From positions 24,740-88,739 of the forward strand of contig CAZFVA010000004.1 in assembly GCA_964522105.1 (NCBI GenBank): DNA of 64,000 nucleotides, read 5' to 3'. The notes below the pieces were generated by a model, which was not told the DNA's origin, ran no database searches, and saw nothing but the letters and a program-made list of their open reading frames with translations. The stretch's first letter is position 1; each line of letters begins with the position of its first letter. A program made the translations under genes and the position numbers. Of this stretch, positions 1 through 10,561 are shown piece after piece. The stretch comes from an uncultured Anaeromyxobacteraceae bacterium. GTDB lineage: Bacteria > Myxococcota_A > UBA9042 > DTJE01.

Positions 1-966
1 CAGTGAACCAAGCGAAACTTCCTCGTACCCGCACTGGCGTATCGCCTCGAGGCTGTCATGCAGAACCTTCGCCGGGTCGCGATCCCGCAGCGGCCGATAC
101 GAAAAACCGGCCTCACAGAACCTGCACCCTTCCGAACATCCGCGGGCAATTTCCATCGAAACACGATCAAAAACAGCGCGGTTCCATGGCATCAATGATC
201 TGGTCGGAATCGGATAATCATCCAGTCTTTCAAGAACCACTTTTCTAACACTGGCCGGAACCCCGTCAAAAGCCGGTTTGGGAATCAGGAACCCCGAAAC
301 ATCATCACGTTCGACGTTATAAAATGACGGAACGTACATTCCCGGCATTTGCGAAAGGCTTTTATGTATGTCTTTTCTGGAAGCACCGGCACGCCGCATC
401 CGACCGACAGTCCTGACAATATCAGCCAGTGAAGCCTCGGCCTCCCCGATAAAAACGGCGTCAAAAAACGGGGCCATAGGCTCGGGATGGGATGCACACG
501 GACCACCGGCCAGAATTATCGGATGCGTATCATCACGATCAACCGTTCGCAGCGGAATGCCTGAAAGTTCAAGGCCGGCCAGGACATTGGTATAGCAGAG
601 CTCATGCTGCAGTGAAAAACCGATCAGATCAAACTGACCAAGCGGGGTCCAGGTTTCCAGTGAAACCATCGGCAACTTTCTGGTGCGAAGTTCCGCCTCG
701 AGGTCAGGCCACGGGGAAAAAGCCCGTTCAACTGCGATATCTTTTTCTGCGGACAGATATGAATACAGTATATGGGTGCCCAGATGGGACATCCCGACTT
801 CATAAGCATCCGGGAAGAAAAGGGCTATTGAGCTGGACGCCCCCGGGTTGGCCGATGACCCGTATTCACCCCCGACATAACGCGACGGCTGTGCCAGATC
901 ATGCAAAAAGTCGGCCCAGGGATGGTTCGCCATGTTCCGGGCCACTTTATTTTCAGTTTCAATCAT
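1..966 (-). CDS. radical SAM protein, TIGR03960-like (B12-binding-like N-terminal domain), 5' part only; gene continues beyond window start
   Basis: Manual translation of the minus strand from ATG at 966..964: MIETENKVARNMANHPWADFLHDLAQPSRYVGGEYGS...ALFFPDAYEVGMSHLGTHILYSYL...GGPCASHPEPMAPFFDAVFIGEAE...RGCSEGCRFCEAG. The family-typical N-terminus and the CxxxCxxC radical SAM cluster motif are both present. The ORF is absent from the track only because it is truncated by the window edge. Confidence 0.75.
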   Translation of the reverse strand, partial: MIETENKVARNMANHPWADFLHDLAQPSRYVGGEYGSSANPGASSSIALFFPDAYEVGMSHLGTHILYSYLSAEKDIAVERAFSPWPDLEAELRTRKLPMVSLETWTPLGQFDLIGFSLQHELCYTNVLAGLELSGIPLRTVDRDDTHPIILAGGPCASHPEPMAPFFDAVFIGEAEASLADIVRTVGRMRRAGASRKDIHKSLSQMPGMYVPSFYNVERDDVSGFLIPKPAFDGVPASVRKVVLERLDDYPIPTRSLMPWNRAVFDRVSMEIARGCSEGCRFCEAGFSYRPLRDRDPAKVLHDSLEAIRQCGYEEVSLGSL

Positions 967-983
967 CGATTTTTGATGCTCTT

Positions 984-3026
984 TTACGCCAGATTAAGCG
1001 TCACACGATCACGCCTTGGATCAACTTCACGCACAACCATGCGCAAACGACTGCCGGGCAACGCCCGACCGGCTCCGGGAACCGGCAGCACAAGCCCTGT
1101 TTCATCAAGTTCAACAAGAGCCCTGGCGCCGATCTGGGCAACAACCTCACCCTCAACCTGTTGCCCGAGCCCTGCCTGAAGGTACTTCAACACCCAGTAT
1201 CTTCTGGCTTCTCTCTCGACCTTTGTAAGGATTTCAGTCCTGTTTTCCAGCTCACCGAACATCACCAGAAGCCGATCCTTATCAATCGGGGCCACGCCAT
1301 CTTGCAGAAATCCTTTGATCTGCACGTGTGCCACAAAATCCTGGAACCTGCGAAGCGGCGATGTGACCTGGGTATAACCAACTACCCCCAGGGAAAAATG
1401 AAAGCCCGGTATTGTAGTTAATTCGCCGCGTTTCATTGACCGCAGCAGCGTATATGCCATGGCCTTGGAGTCCTGCGGGATACCCTTGAGCCTGTCCTCA
1501 ATCTGCCCGTCCGGCGCATCCTGTCTGCGGTACACGACCGGAATATTATTCTGACGCGCGAATCCACCGGCTACAGCCCCGGCCAGAATCATGAATTCAG
1601 CCACCAGACCGCGCGAACGCGACGTGCCTGAAATCCTTTTGACAACCGGCTCGCCATCAACAAGATAGACCGAGTATTCATCGCGGTTCAGGATCACGGC
1701 CCCTTCGGCCAGGCGCTTATTCCGCAGAACAACAGCCAGCGTGTCCAGTTGACGAAGCGCCTCTGAAACCGTACCGGCGGACGCTGGATCACCCAGAATA
1801 CTGTCTACTTCGTCATATGTGACGCGCGCCTGAATCCGTCCGACAACCGGCACAATCTTGAAATCTACCTGTTCACCATCGGCCGTCACAGTTACAACGA
1901 AGTCCAGCATCGGCCTGTCACCACCGGGCGAAAGCGACAGCGCACCTTCTGACAACACGGCTGGAAACATCGGGATAGTACCGGTCGGCACATAAAGACT
2001 GGACGCCCGGGACATACCGGCCCGACCGACTTCAGATTCAAGACTGATCGTCGAACTCGGATCGGCCACCAGAATGTGAACCCGGAAAGCACCTTCGACC
2101 TGCTCGACCATCAGCGCATCATCGACGTCTTTAGTCCTGATATCATCGATGGCCAGCGGACCGCAGCCACCTTCAGGCCAGACCAGTCTGACAGCACCAG
2201 GGGCTGCGCTGACTTTGCCCGCAAGCATTTCGGCTTCTACATCAACTGCCGGCGAAAACTGAGTTGAAATCCTGTTGCGCCGAATCGAAATTATCTCGTT
2301 CTCGTCCAGTATCCCCAGGCGCACAAGGTATTCAAACGCCACAAACTCAGGCTCACCGGTCGAGTCCCCACCCCTGAGTGCCTCGACAAGCGCAATCCCG
2401 CGTTTGCCATCGCGACCTTCCGGTCCTTCATAAACAAGACCGGTCAACCACCCGACACCTGCCGCGCCCAGTGGGTCTGCCATGTCAACCGACTCGCCGG
2501 CCTTCATCTTTTCAACCAGAACTTCACAGACGCGGGCCATCCTTTCACGTTCCTGATCACCCTGAAACTTGACGGTCATGGCCGACTCAACCGCTTTTAC
2601 TGAATAAGGCTGATAGCGGCCGTCTTTTACACGCTTGAAATACACGCCGTCCTGCGCCAGCGTCCACGCCGCCGCAGCCTGGTGCTCGGGACCGTTATTG
2701 CCAAACATCAGTTCGGCAACCGCAGCGGCAGTAAACAGGTCACCCTCTCCGGCCAGCAGCTCCCAGGCCCCGGCAAGATCAGCATCTTTAATAAGAATAT
2801 CAACGCGATTCCAGAAAGCGGCAAGTCCTGCGACGGCAGATTGAACCGGATGAACCGGAACCTTGACCGTGGTTACAAAAATGATGCGGTCTTCGACCCA
2901 GGTCTCTTTTGAGCCGGTCTGGGTAATAACGGTCAATCTACCGTTTTTTGATTCAATTACAGCCCCGAACGCCGGCCCTTTGTCTGCACCGGCAAGGACC
3001 ACGCAACCTGTATCATTCGATCCCAT
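984..3026 (-). CDS. rnr: ribonuclease R / RNase II-family 3'-5' exoribonuclease
   Basis: 680-aa ORF with the RNB catalytic core, including the DVDDAL-type motif (IDDIRTKDVDDALMVEQ), and a C-terminal S1-like region. Typical RNase R length. Confidence 0.85.
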   Translation of the reverse strand: MGSNDTGCVVLAGADKGPAFGAVIESKNGRLTVITQTGSKETWVEDRIIFVTTVKVPVHPVQSAVAGLAAFWNRVDILIKDADLAGAWELLAGEGDLFTAAAVAELMFGNNGPEHQAAAAWTLAQDGVYFKRVKDGRYQPYSVKAVESAMTVKFQGDQERERMARVCEVLVEKMKAGESVDMADPLGAAGVGWLTGLVYEGPEGRDGKRGIALVEALRGGDSTGEPEFVAFEYLVRLGILDENEIISIRRNRISTQFSPAVDVEAEMLAGKVSAAPGAVRLVWPEGGCGPLAIDDIRTKDVDDALMVEQVEGAFRVHILVADPSSTISLESEVGRAGMSRASSLYVPTGTIPMFPAVLSEGALSLSPGGDRPMLDFVVTVTADGEQVDFKIVPVVGRIQARVTYDEVDSILGDPASAGTVSEALRQLDTLAVVLRNKRLAEGAVILNRDEYSVYLVDGEPVVKRISGTSRSRGLVAEFMILAGAVAGGFARQNNIPVVYRRQDAPDGQIEDRLKGIPQDSKAMAYTLLRSMKRGELTTIPGFHFSLGVVGYTQVTSPLRRFQDFVAHVQIKGFLQDGVAPIDKDRLLVMFGELENRTEILTKVEREARRYWVLKYLQAGLGQQVEGEVVAQIGARALVELDETGLVLPVPGAGRALPGSRLRMVVREVDPRRDRVTLNLA

Positions 3027-4032
3027 TATTCTCCGGTACGGTCGATTTGCTGCCGTTTTTAATGTTCAGACCTGACTTACGTTTTACGGCGTACATCACC
3101 GCACCAAAAATGAACAACGGAATTCCGGCCGCCTGCGACGATGACAGGCCAAAAACTTCGCCCCGCGCATCGGCCCTTAAAAATTCAACAGCGAACCTTG
3201 CAACCGCATATGCCATGCAGAACACAAAAAACAACTGCCCTGAAAACTTCTTACGAGGGCGTAACCAGAAATAGATCCAGGCAAAGATCAGCAGACAGGC
3301 GGCCGCCTCGTAAAGCTGAGTCGGATGCACCGGAAGCGACTGAGTCGCCGTCTTCGCAATCAGACCGTCATCAAGATGAAGCTTCCATGCCGGGCTCCCT
3401 TTCGGAAAAGCTATACCGGGGGGTGCGGCACACGTCCGTCCGAAGCAGCAACCGGCCAGAAAACAACCTATTCTTCCAAAAACAAGGCCCAGTGGGATTG
3501 CGTAGCCCCCGAGATCTGTAATCTCCCACAACGGGTACCGGCGGCGCATTATGTACCAGAAGCCGACAACACAGGCCAGCCCGAGGCCCCCATAAAACGT
3601 CAACCCGCCATACCAGAATTTGACCGCCCGCAGACAGTCCCTTCCCTGATGACACTTTCCGGTTTCGGCATTACACAGCTCACCTTTCTTCGCGGTAATA
3701 CAGTCCTGCGCCGTTACGCATTTCCTGTCACCGGGGATCAGTTCCCCTTCAACCTTGTAAGGGTCTGTACAAAGATGAACGTAATCCATGAAGTAGCCGT
3801 CGACAGTCACGTGCATCAGCCTGGCGCCAAGCAGCCCGACAAGGATCATCATGATGCCGAGGTCCAGAATGATGTTTCCGTCCAGGCCACGCCTGATCCA
3901 GTCGCGGTGCGCCAGCATGATTACAAGCGTGTACCCGCCCATCAACATCGTGAAGTAGGCCGGAAAATCCATACCGAAGATTGTGAAGGTGCCGTGCACA
4001 TGGCCTCCGCTTTCAACGAACCTATTGTACAA
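3013..4032 (-). CDS. lgt: prolipoprotein diacylglyceryl transferase with an unusual Cys-rich loop insertion
   Basis: Lgt signature GRIGCFLAGCCFG, the HPTQLYE motif, multiple TM helices, and Y..DP...W.GG.TFYGG. About 45 extra residues containing 6 Cys sit between DP and W.GG. Confidence 0.85.
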   Translation of the reverse strand: MYNRFVESGGHVHGTFTIFGMDFPAYFTMLMGGYTLVIMLAHRDWIRRGLDGNIILDLGIMMILVGLLGARLMHVTVDGYFMDYVHLCTDPYKVEGELIPGDRKCVTAQDCITAKKGELCNAETGKCHQGRDCLRAVKFWYGGLTFYGGLGLACVVGFWYIMRRRYPLWEITDLGGYAIPLGLVFGRIGCFLAGCCFGRTCAAPPGIAFPKGSPAWKLHLDDGLIAKTATQSLPVHPTQLYEAAACLLIFAWIYFWLRPRKKFSGQLFFVFCMAYAVARFAVEFLRADARGEVFGLSSSQAAGIPLFIFGAVMYAVKRKSGLNIKNGSKSTVPENNGIE

Positions 4033-4118
4033 GGATATGGTGTTTCTGAAACGGTATCAGCAGCACCTGGTGATTAATGATTTATCAGAAGAAAAATTGC
4101 CGGGAAAGCGAGTCGATC

Positions 4119-5909
4119 CTAGAAGATTCCGCCAAGAATATCAGCGATATCAAAACACATATTCTGGGGGAATGACGGTGAGAGCTGTCCTCCGGGACAG
4201 ATCAGATCGCCCATGCCCGCAAGAAGCGAACCCAGGACGCAGAGGATAGACATGTCGGTACATGTCTTGCCACTCAAACACGGATTATCAGCGTCACAGG
4301 CGCAATAGCCGGAACCGGTCGAAGGAATTTCCATCGGCATTCCGCCGCCGCCCATAACACCGAACAGCAGAACGATAAGGTCAAAGCACTTCTGTCCGGG
4401 GGCGCAACAGGCCGAGCTGCCGTCGCAGGTGCCGGCCGGGTCATAGCAGATACCGCTTCCGCCGACCTGTGCACAGGCAAGGGACGCGCCGGTCGAAGCT
4501 GGCGGACAATCGATGTCAGTGGTACACATCGCTGCGCAACTTCCTTCCTTCTGACAGATAGCGCCGACATCATCTACACATGAATAAATCGGGTCGCCGG
4601 TGCAGGTACAGGCCGGGCCGACAAGGGCGCAATCAGCGTCAACCTTGCACTGGACACACTGCTCAACGCCTTGAACAATGGCGCAGATCGGGAAGTCGGC
4701 TGTGCACAGACCGCCGCACTGAACGACGCCTTCACAGGTGCCTTCGGGAAGACAGTAACCGGTAGCTTCCTCGTATTCCAGGCAGTCATCATCAACGCAG
4801 CACTGTTTGCATTCGCCGTCATCACACATCTTGGTGCCGGTTGAGCAGGTGCTGACTTCACAGGTGTGGGTGCCGGTGTCGCACTCGTCATCACCTTCAC
4901 AGTTATCCGAGGTCAGGCATTCGACGCAGGTGCCGTCTTCAAGCGGATACGGGGTATCGCCTTCGCAGCCCTTGCAACCTTCGCCGGTCGGGACGCACAT
5001 CTTGACGCCCTTGCCATTGTCGGTACAGGCCTGAGTAGCGGTATCCGGGCAAGTACCGTCGGCACATTCAGGTACGCACACGCCGGTCGGGCTTCCAGTT
5101 TCTTTGTAGCAGCGCAGATCAGCGGCGCAATCGTAATCGTATGTACAGCTGAGGCACTCAGCTTTGCATGCCTTACACGCACCGGAGTTCAAGTCGCAGC
5201 ACATACCTTCATCACAGGGGGTATCGGAGGCGCATGTCGGACAACTGTATGAAACGGGCAGACAGCTCTTGGAGCCGCCCGACGCGTAACAGATGTATCC
5301 GGGCTCACAGTTGCCATCATCAGCGCATTCACGCAGACAATGTTTTTCAGCGCCGACCGGCTGGCAGGAATATCCAGCGCCGCAATCAACGTTGGTCTCA
5401 CACGTGGCGCAGTCCTTAACTTCATCGGGAATAATGATTTCCGGCACAACGTCTGCCGTGACTACAGTGTCTTCTCTGGGGACATCTGCCTCAACGGTAT
5501 CTTCAATGGTATCACCGGTCGTCGTCTTCACTTCGCACAGGCCATCTTTACATTCGGTGTTGATATCAACACACGCCTTGGCCGGGTAACAGACCAGGCC
5601 CGCATCTTCCAGGCAGGGCTGATCGGCATAGCAAAGCGGGGCCGAGCAGTACTTCCACTGGGCATCTTTACCGACACGATCGCCGGGGAAACAGAATTCG
5701 CCGCTCTGGCAATCTGCTTTAGTGTTACAGGGACTCTCTTTGCAGACCAGCTCCCCGCAGACTTCACCGGCGGGACAATCAAAACTCGTAACACAGGCGT
5801 CCGTCGTGCCGCTTCCGCAAGCAACGGCGAACATTGCCACAAACGATGCGGCCAGAATAACCAGAGCAACCTTTCTCATATTCCCTCTCCTAACCAGATT
5901 TGGAACCAA
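4119..5909 (-). CDS. very cysteine-rich secreted lipoprotein (likely start at MRKVAL, about 5879)
   Basis: N-terminal signal plus lipobox (LAASFVAMFAVAC). Hundreds of residues of repeated C..DC..G..C spacing. No enzymatic motif recognised. Confidence 0.6.
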   Translation of the reverse strand: MVPNLVRRGNMRKVALVILAASFVAMFAVACGSGTTDACVTSFDCPAGEVCGELVCKESPCNTKADCQSGEFCFPGDRVGKDAQWKYCSAPLCYADQPCLEDAGLVCYPAKACVDINTECKDGLCEVKTTTGDTIEDTVEADVPREDTVVTADVVPEIIIPDEVKDCATCETNVDCGAGYSCQPVGAEKHCLRECADDGNCEPGYICYASGGSKSCLPVSYSCPTCASDTPCDEGMCCDLNSGACKACKAECLSCTYDYDCAADLRCYKETGSPTGVCVPECADGTCPDTATQACTDNGKGVKMCVPTGEGCKGCEGDTPYPLEDGTCVECLTSDNCEGDDECDTGTHTCEVSTCSTGTKMCDDGECKQCCVDDDCLEYEEATGYCLPEGTCEGVVQCGGLCTADFPICAIVQGVEQCVQCKVDADCALVGPACTCTGDPIYSCVDDVGAICQKEGSCAAMCTTDIDCPPASTGASLACAQVGGSGICYDPAGTCDGSSACCAPGQKCFDLIVLLFGVMGGGGMPMEIPSTGSGYCACDADNPCLSGKTCTDMSILCVLGSLLAGMGDLICPGGQLSPSFPQNMCFDIADILGGIF

Positions 5910-6225
5910 ACAATAACAAAGCCAAGGGATTATATTAGATTATCAGGCTGATATTCAAGTACGACCTTCCTGACGTTCAAAAAACCTGCATGTCTTCGAT
6001 TTTCCAGTTTTTTTTCACTTCCAAACCGATACCGCTACGGCAATAACATCAATCATTTTCCCCAATACCCTTGTCAAATCGAACATTTCCACTCCAGTTT
6101 GAACAGGTCCACTCCTTATATAGCGTCGACTGGATCGTTGACTGGAACACAGGCGGGCCTGATAATCTGCCGGTTGTTTCTAACCGGACCGGCAACATTT
6201 TCAGCCGGACTGGAGTCGCTTTCAG

Positions 6226-7575
6226 ATGGATAACCCGCTTTTCGTAAAAGGAATGGACAGCCCGAAGAAAAATCGCTTCAGCGCCGGGATTGCCTTCATC
6301 ATTATTGCTGCTGCCGCCCTTTTCAACCATCTGATTACCGATCACGACGCCGCAACGCGTACGACCGGCCCGTCGCTTGAAGTCAGACTGGCAGGCCCGA
6401 TATCAGCAACCGAGGACCGGACAACGGTCAGGCCGGAAGCTGAATACGCCGGACCTGTTGAAACGACCAGAACCGTTTCTGTCAAATTGAGATCGGGCGA
6501 AACGGCGGCCGGGGCACTCGCCCGCGTCGGCGTTGATCCTGTAAGTGCGGGAATGGCCCTTGGCGCCCTCAGCGATGATGTCAACATGAAGTCGCTGCGG
6601 CCCGGCCAGCAAATCACCGCAGACATCAATATGGAAGGACGCGTGAAGGCGCTCAGATTTCCACTGAATCACATCGATTATCTGGAGTCTGTCCCTGACG
6701 CGTCCGGGACCGGCTTTGAAGCGGTCAGAAAGGAATTGCCGACAGACAAGGAAATCATCGAAGCCGCCTGCAGACTGAAAGGATCTCTGTACGACAGTTT
6801 CAGAGCCTGTGATCTGGACACCGACCTTGTCTCGATCGTTGTTGGCCTTCTGGAAAGCCAGGTCGACTTTTTTACTGACATCAGAAAGGGCGACACGATC
6901 AGAATCGTCGTTGAAAAGGAAAGTATCAACGGGATTTTCATCCGTTATGGCAGCATCGAAGGCCTGATTCTGGACGGCAAGCTGGTTTCGGCCGGCGCCT
7001 TCATGCACAAATCTGCCGGCAACGAAGTCACCTACTACGATTCCGAAGGGTTCTCTGTTGAACGCCCGTTCCTGCGAACACCGCTCAAATACAACAGCGT
7101 CACTTCAAATTACTCGCACCGCCGCCTTGATCCCATTCTTCACGCATACACCCCCCAGAAGGCGGTGGACTACGCCGCCCCGAAGGGCACCCCGGTCTAT
7201 GCGGTCGGCGCCGGCGAAGTCATTTTCAGCGGACGCAAAGCTTCCAATGGAAATCTTGTAGTGATCGGGCATTCAGATGGCCTTCAATCGTATTACGCCC
7301 ATCTTGAAACTATCAGAAAGGGCATACGCCAGGGCGTTACAGTCGACAGAAGGATGCAGATCGGAACGGTCGGCGCGACAGGCAAAGCAAAAAACATTCA
7401 CCTGCATTTTGCAGCGGCCAGTTACGGCAAATTTGTCCATCCGAAAACGTTGACTGACAAGGCGGGCGTTCCAATTGGTGCTTCTGAAAAAGATGATTAT
7501 CTGGCATTTGTCGGAAGAATGACGGGCAGGCTCAAGTCACTCCCGGTCAGGGGCGTTGACTTGCCAACTCTATGA
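6226..7575 (+). CDS. M23 family metallopeptidase (LytM domain) with N-terminal membrane anchor
   Basis: N-terminal TM (IAFIIIAAAALF). C-terminal M23 motifs HSDGLQSYYAHL and NIHLHF. Confidence 0.8.
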   Translation: MDNPLFVKGMDSPKKNRFSAGIAFIIIAAAALFNHLITDHDAATRTTGPSLEVRLAGPISATEDRTTVRPEAEYAGPVETTRTVSVKLRSGETAAGALARVGVDPVSAGMALGALSDDVNMKSLRPGQQITADINMEGRVKALRFPLNHIDYLESVPDASGTGFEAVRKELPTDKEIIEAACRLKGSLYDSFRACDLDTDLVSIVVGLLESQVDFFTDIRKGDTIRIVVEKESINGIFIRYGSIEGLILDGKLVSAGAFMHKSAGNEVTYYDSEGFSVERPFLRTPLKYNSVTSNYSHRRLDPILHAYTPQKAVDYAAPKGTPVYAVGAGEVIFSGRKASNGNLVVIGHSDGLQSYYAHLETIRKGIRQGVTVDRRMQIGTVGATGKAKNIHLHFAAASYGKFVHPKTLTDKAGVPIGASEKDDYLAFVGRMTGRLKSLPVRGVDLPTL

Positions 7576-7584
7576 TAACGCCGC

Positions 7585-8316
7585 TTATTTATCCTTGATT
7601 TTCCAGTAATGTGTACACGCCTGTTTGATGCCTTTTTTGCACGCTGACTCAAGACTGATCTTCGCCTGGGCATAGTCGCCCTTCTGCTTCAAAACAAGGC
7701 CAAGACCAAACTCAGCCTTATTGAAGGTCGGATCACGCTCAAGCGCGACCTTGTACATGGCTATGGCGCCATCGAAATCTTCCTTCTTTCGCAGAACGTT
7801 CGCCGCCTTGAAAGCTGGCTGAACTTCTTTCGGGAACATCTTCATCGTCTTCTGATACTGCTCGAGCGCCTCGTCCAGCTTTCCCTGCCCGACATATGAC
7901 GCCGCCAGGCCCATCATCATATCCAGGTCCTTTTTTTCCAGCTTCATGGCCTTCAGGTATGAATCCTCGGCAACATCGCAAAAGCGGAGACGCTGGCAAA
8001 CTTCTGCATGACCTTTATGAGCCTTGAAGGCGCCCTTGTTCAAAGCGGCGGCGGCCTCGTATGCGGCCTGAGCCTCGGGCAGCCGGTTAAGCCAGTCGTA
8101 CGCATAGGCCAGATTAAGCTGATACTTGAAAACCTTCGGCTCGAAGGTCACAGCCTTCTGAAACTTGGAAAGCGCCTCTTCCATTTTCTTCTGCTTGGCC
8201 AGTTCGACACCATCAGTGAAGAACTTTTCCGCAATCGGGGATGTTGCGGCCGAAGCGTTTACAGCAAAAGAAAGACAAACAACGATTGATACTGCCAGAC
8301 CCCTGAAACTCATCAT
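7585..8316 (-). CDS. secreted TPR-repeat protein
   Basis: Signal peptide (MMSFRGLAVSIVVCLSFAVNASA) followed by repeated TPR-like A..Y/L..G units. Confidence 0.65.
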   Translation of the reverse strand: MMSFRGLAVSIVVCLSFAVNASAATSPIAEKFFTDGVELAKQKKMEEALSKFQKAVTFEPKVFKYQLNLAYAYDWLNRLPEAQAAYEAAAALNKGAFKAHKGHAEVCQRLRFCDVAEDSYLKAMKLEKKDLDMMMGLAASYVGQGKLDEALEQYQKTMKMFPKEVQPAFKAANVLRKKEDFDGAIAMYKVALERDPTFNKAEFGLGLVLKQKGDYAQAKISLESACKKGIKQACTHYWKIKDK

Positions 8317-8808
8317 TTACTCCTCCTGATCTTTGAACGCCTGAATTAACCGACCCCGGGTAACCTCAAGCGCCTCTGGAATAACCTTTACATCAGACAT
8401 GACAGAAATGAAATTGGTGTCTCCATTCCAACGCGGAACCACATGGATATGAACATGATCTTTAAGTCCGGCCCCTGCGGCCTGACCGACGTTCATTCCA
8501 ACATTAAAACCTTGAGGACAGTATGCCGCCCGCAGCGCCCGCAGACAGCGCTGCACAAGCAGGCCCATCTCCATCATTTCGGCAGACGACAGGTCTTCAG
8601 GGGCGGCGACATGGCGATAAGGGGCAATCATAATATGCCCCGACACGTATGGATAACGGTTCAATATCACGAAAGATTCGACGCCTTTGAAAATCACCAG
8701 ATTGGATTCATCAGGATTGCAATGCTTAACGGGACACAGAAAACAATCGCAATCCCCCCCTGATTCCTTGACGTACTGCATTCTCCAGGGGGCAAAAATC
8801 TGTTTCAT
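8317..8808 (-). CDS. HIT family hydrolase
   Basis: Histidine triad HVHIHVVPR near the C-terminus. About 160 aa. Confidence 0.75.
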   Translation of the reverse strand: MKQIFAPWRMQYVKESGGDCDCFLCPVKHCNPDESNLVIFKGVESFVILNRYPYVSGHIMIAPYRHVAAPEDLSSAEMMEMGLLVQRCLRALRAAYCPQGFNVGMNVGQAAGAGLKDHVHIHVVPRWNGDTNFISVMSDVKVIPEALEVTRGRLIQAFKDQEE

Positions 8809-8841
8809 CTGGTGGTCTTATTATAGTCCTTGATCCCGGGA

Positions 8842-10104
8842 TCAAGCGGTTTGGGCCTCTTCCGAATAAACTACTAGAGGTCTTTCACCCCTGACTACAG
8901 CGTCCTCGCTGATTACAACTTCTTTGACGCCTTTTTCACCTGGAAGCTCAAACATCAGATCCAGCATCACTTTTTCCATTATGGAACGAAGTCCGCGCGC
9001 GCCGGTACCCCTTTCCACAGCCTGATGCGCCACAGCCTGAAGGGCCTCAGCTGTGTATCTGACCCCGATTCCTTCCATCTCAAAAATAGCCTGATACTGT
9101 TTGGTCAGCGCATTTCTGGGCTCTGTCAAAATTCTGACCAGCGCCGCCTGATCAAGCACGTCCAGACTGGCCGTAATGGCAAAACGACCGACAAATTCAG
9201 GAATAAGACCAAATTTAATCAAATCTTCAGGTTCTGTATTTTTCAGAATTTCGCCGACAGACGTTGCCTTCCTGGAGTTGGACCTGGTGCCAAAACCGAT
9301 CGTTCCGCCCCGCATCCTTTCGGAAACAACGCTGTCCAGACCCACAAAAGCACCACCGCAGATAAACAGAATGTCAGTGGTATCTACTTGAATATATTCC
9401 TGTTGTGGATGTTTCCGCCCACCTTTCGGGGGCACGTTGGCGACAGTCCCTTCCAGAATTTTCAACAGGGCCTGCTGCACTCCCTCACCAGAAACATCCC
9501 GTGTAATAGACGGGCTGTCGCCTTTGCGGGCAATCTTATCTATTTCATCAATATAGATGATGCCGCGCCTGGCAGCTTCAATATCCCAATCTGCCGCCTG
9601 CAGCAAAGAAAGAATAACGTTTTCAACATCTTCACCGACATATCCGGCTTCAGTCAAAGACGTCGCGTCAACAATCGTAAATGGTACATTCAGGACTCTG
9701 GCCAGAGTCTGGGCAAGCAGTGTCTTTCCGCTGCCTGTAGGCCCGAGCATCAGAATATTGCTTTTTTGAATCTCGACCCCGTCCCGACGTTTCCTGTAAC
9801 CACTTTGAATTCTCATGTAGTGGTTATAAACAGCAACGGCCAGAACCTTTTTGGCATACTCCTGACCAATCACATATTCATCAAGAACAGCGACAAGTTC
9901 CCTCGGCCTCAGTATTCCACCAAGACCAGGGGCAGTTTTATCCCCGGCATCCCTGTCATTATTAATAAGACCGTTACACATCTCGATACATTCATCGCAG
10001 ATGTAAACGTTAGGCCCGGCAATCAGTCGCCTGGCCTGCGTCTTAGGTTTTCCGCAGAAAGAACAGAAGACCTTTCGACGTTGATTGTCCTCGTCACGCA
10101 CCAT
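8842..10104 (-). CDS. clpX: ATP-dependent Clp protease ATP-binding subunit ClpX
   Basis: N-terminal C4 zinc finger (CSFCGK...CDEC), Walker A GPTGSGKT, and the IGF-like region. 420 aa. Confidence 0.9.
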   Translation of the reverse strand: MVRDEDNQRRKVFCSFCGKPKTQARRLIAGPNVYICDECIEMCNGLINNDRDAGDKTAPGLGGILRPRELVAVLDEYVIGQEYAKKVLAVAVYNHYMRIQSGYRKRRDGVEIQKSNILMLGPTGSGKTLLAQTLARVLNVPFTIVDATSLTEAGYVGEDVENVILSLLQAADWDIEAARRGIIYIDEIDKIARKGDSPSITRDVSGEGVQQALLKILEGTVANVPPKGGRKHPQQEYIQVDTTDILFICGGAFVGLDSVVSERMRGGTIGFGTRSNSRKATSVGEILKNTEPEDLIKFGLIPEFVGRFAITASLDVLDQAALVRILTEPRNALTKQYQAIFEMEGIGVRYTAEALQAVAHQAVERGTGARGLRSIMEKVMLDLMFELPGEKGVKEVVISEDAVVRGERPLVVYSEEAQTA

Positions 10105-10561
10105 TTGTTAACTCCGGAAATATCTTTAACGGTCCGGTAAACCGGATCGCTACCATTGTAAAGGTACAGGAACAGTATGGCAAACTCAGGACTCCTGTAG
10201 ATAACCCGGTTCAAAAACAAATCATAACCCTGTCTGATGTCTGTAGAGGGCCGGTTGAACGATTATCAAAACTGATCAGGCCGTCAGCCCTGATGTTCAA
10301 TGATGAACTTTGTGAACTGGTTCGTTCTGATAATTTGAACACTGCAAATCATGTAAATATGACATTAACTTCAAAGACTTATACATTTGTACAGACAAAG
10401 CTGACACCCTTGTTCTCTGTACTGATCCAAATTCTATAGATTCAATAATTAAGAATAGAAATAGTCGAAGAGTTGTTAATTGACCAAGATGAGCGGTCGA
10501 CAACCAGCAGGTCCAAAACTAGAATCACGTTTATGCAGGGTCTGTTCGTGTCCTGAAAGAT
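10105..10561. promoter_or_regulatory. AT-rich 457-bp intergenic region between the divergent clpX and an unknown 808-aa gene; presumed divergent promoters
   Basis: Conspicuously lower GC than the flanks (runs such as aatcatgtaaatatgacattaacttcaaag). No ORF present. Confidence 0.3.

Noticed and set aside
492-1421. 309-aa plus-strand ORF
   Set aside because: It lies antisense across the rSAM gene and the RNase R 3' end. High-GC shadow ORF with no motifs.
4274-5951. Multiple 60 to 200-aa ORFs on both strands
   Set aside because: All are embedded in the Cys-rich lipoprotein gene. Alternative frames of a GC-rich repetitive gene.
8842-10104. clpX lacking adjacent clpP as evidence of rearrangement
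   Set aside because: A separate clpP location is common in several lineages. Only the AT-rich spacer is noted.
9025-10140. 371-aa plus-strand ORF
   Set aside because: Entirely antisense to clpX, which has unambiguous motifs.
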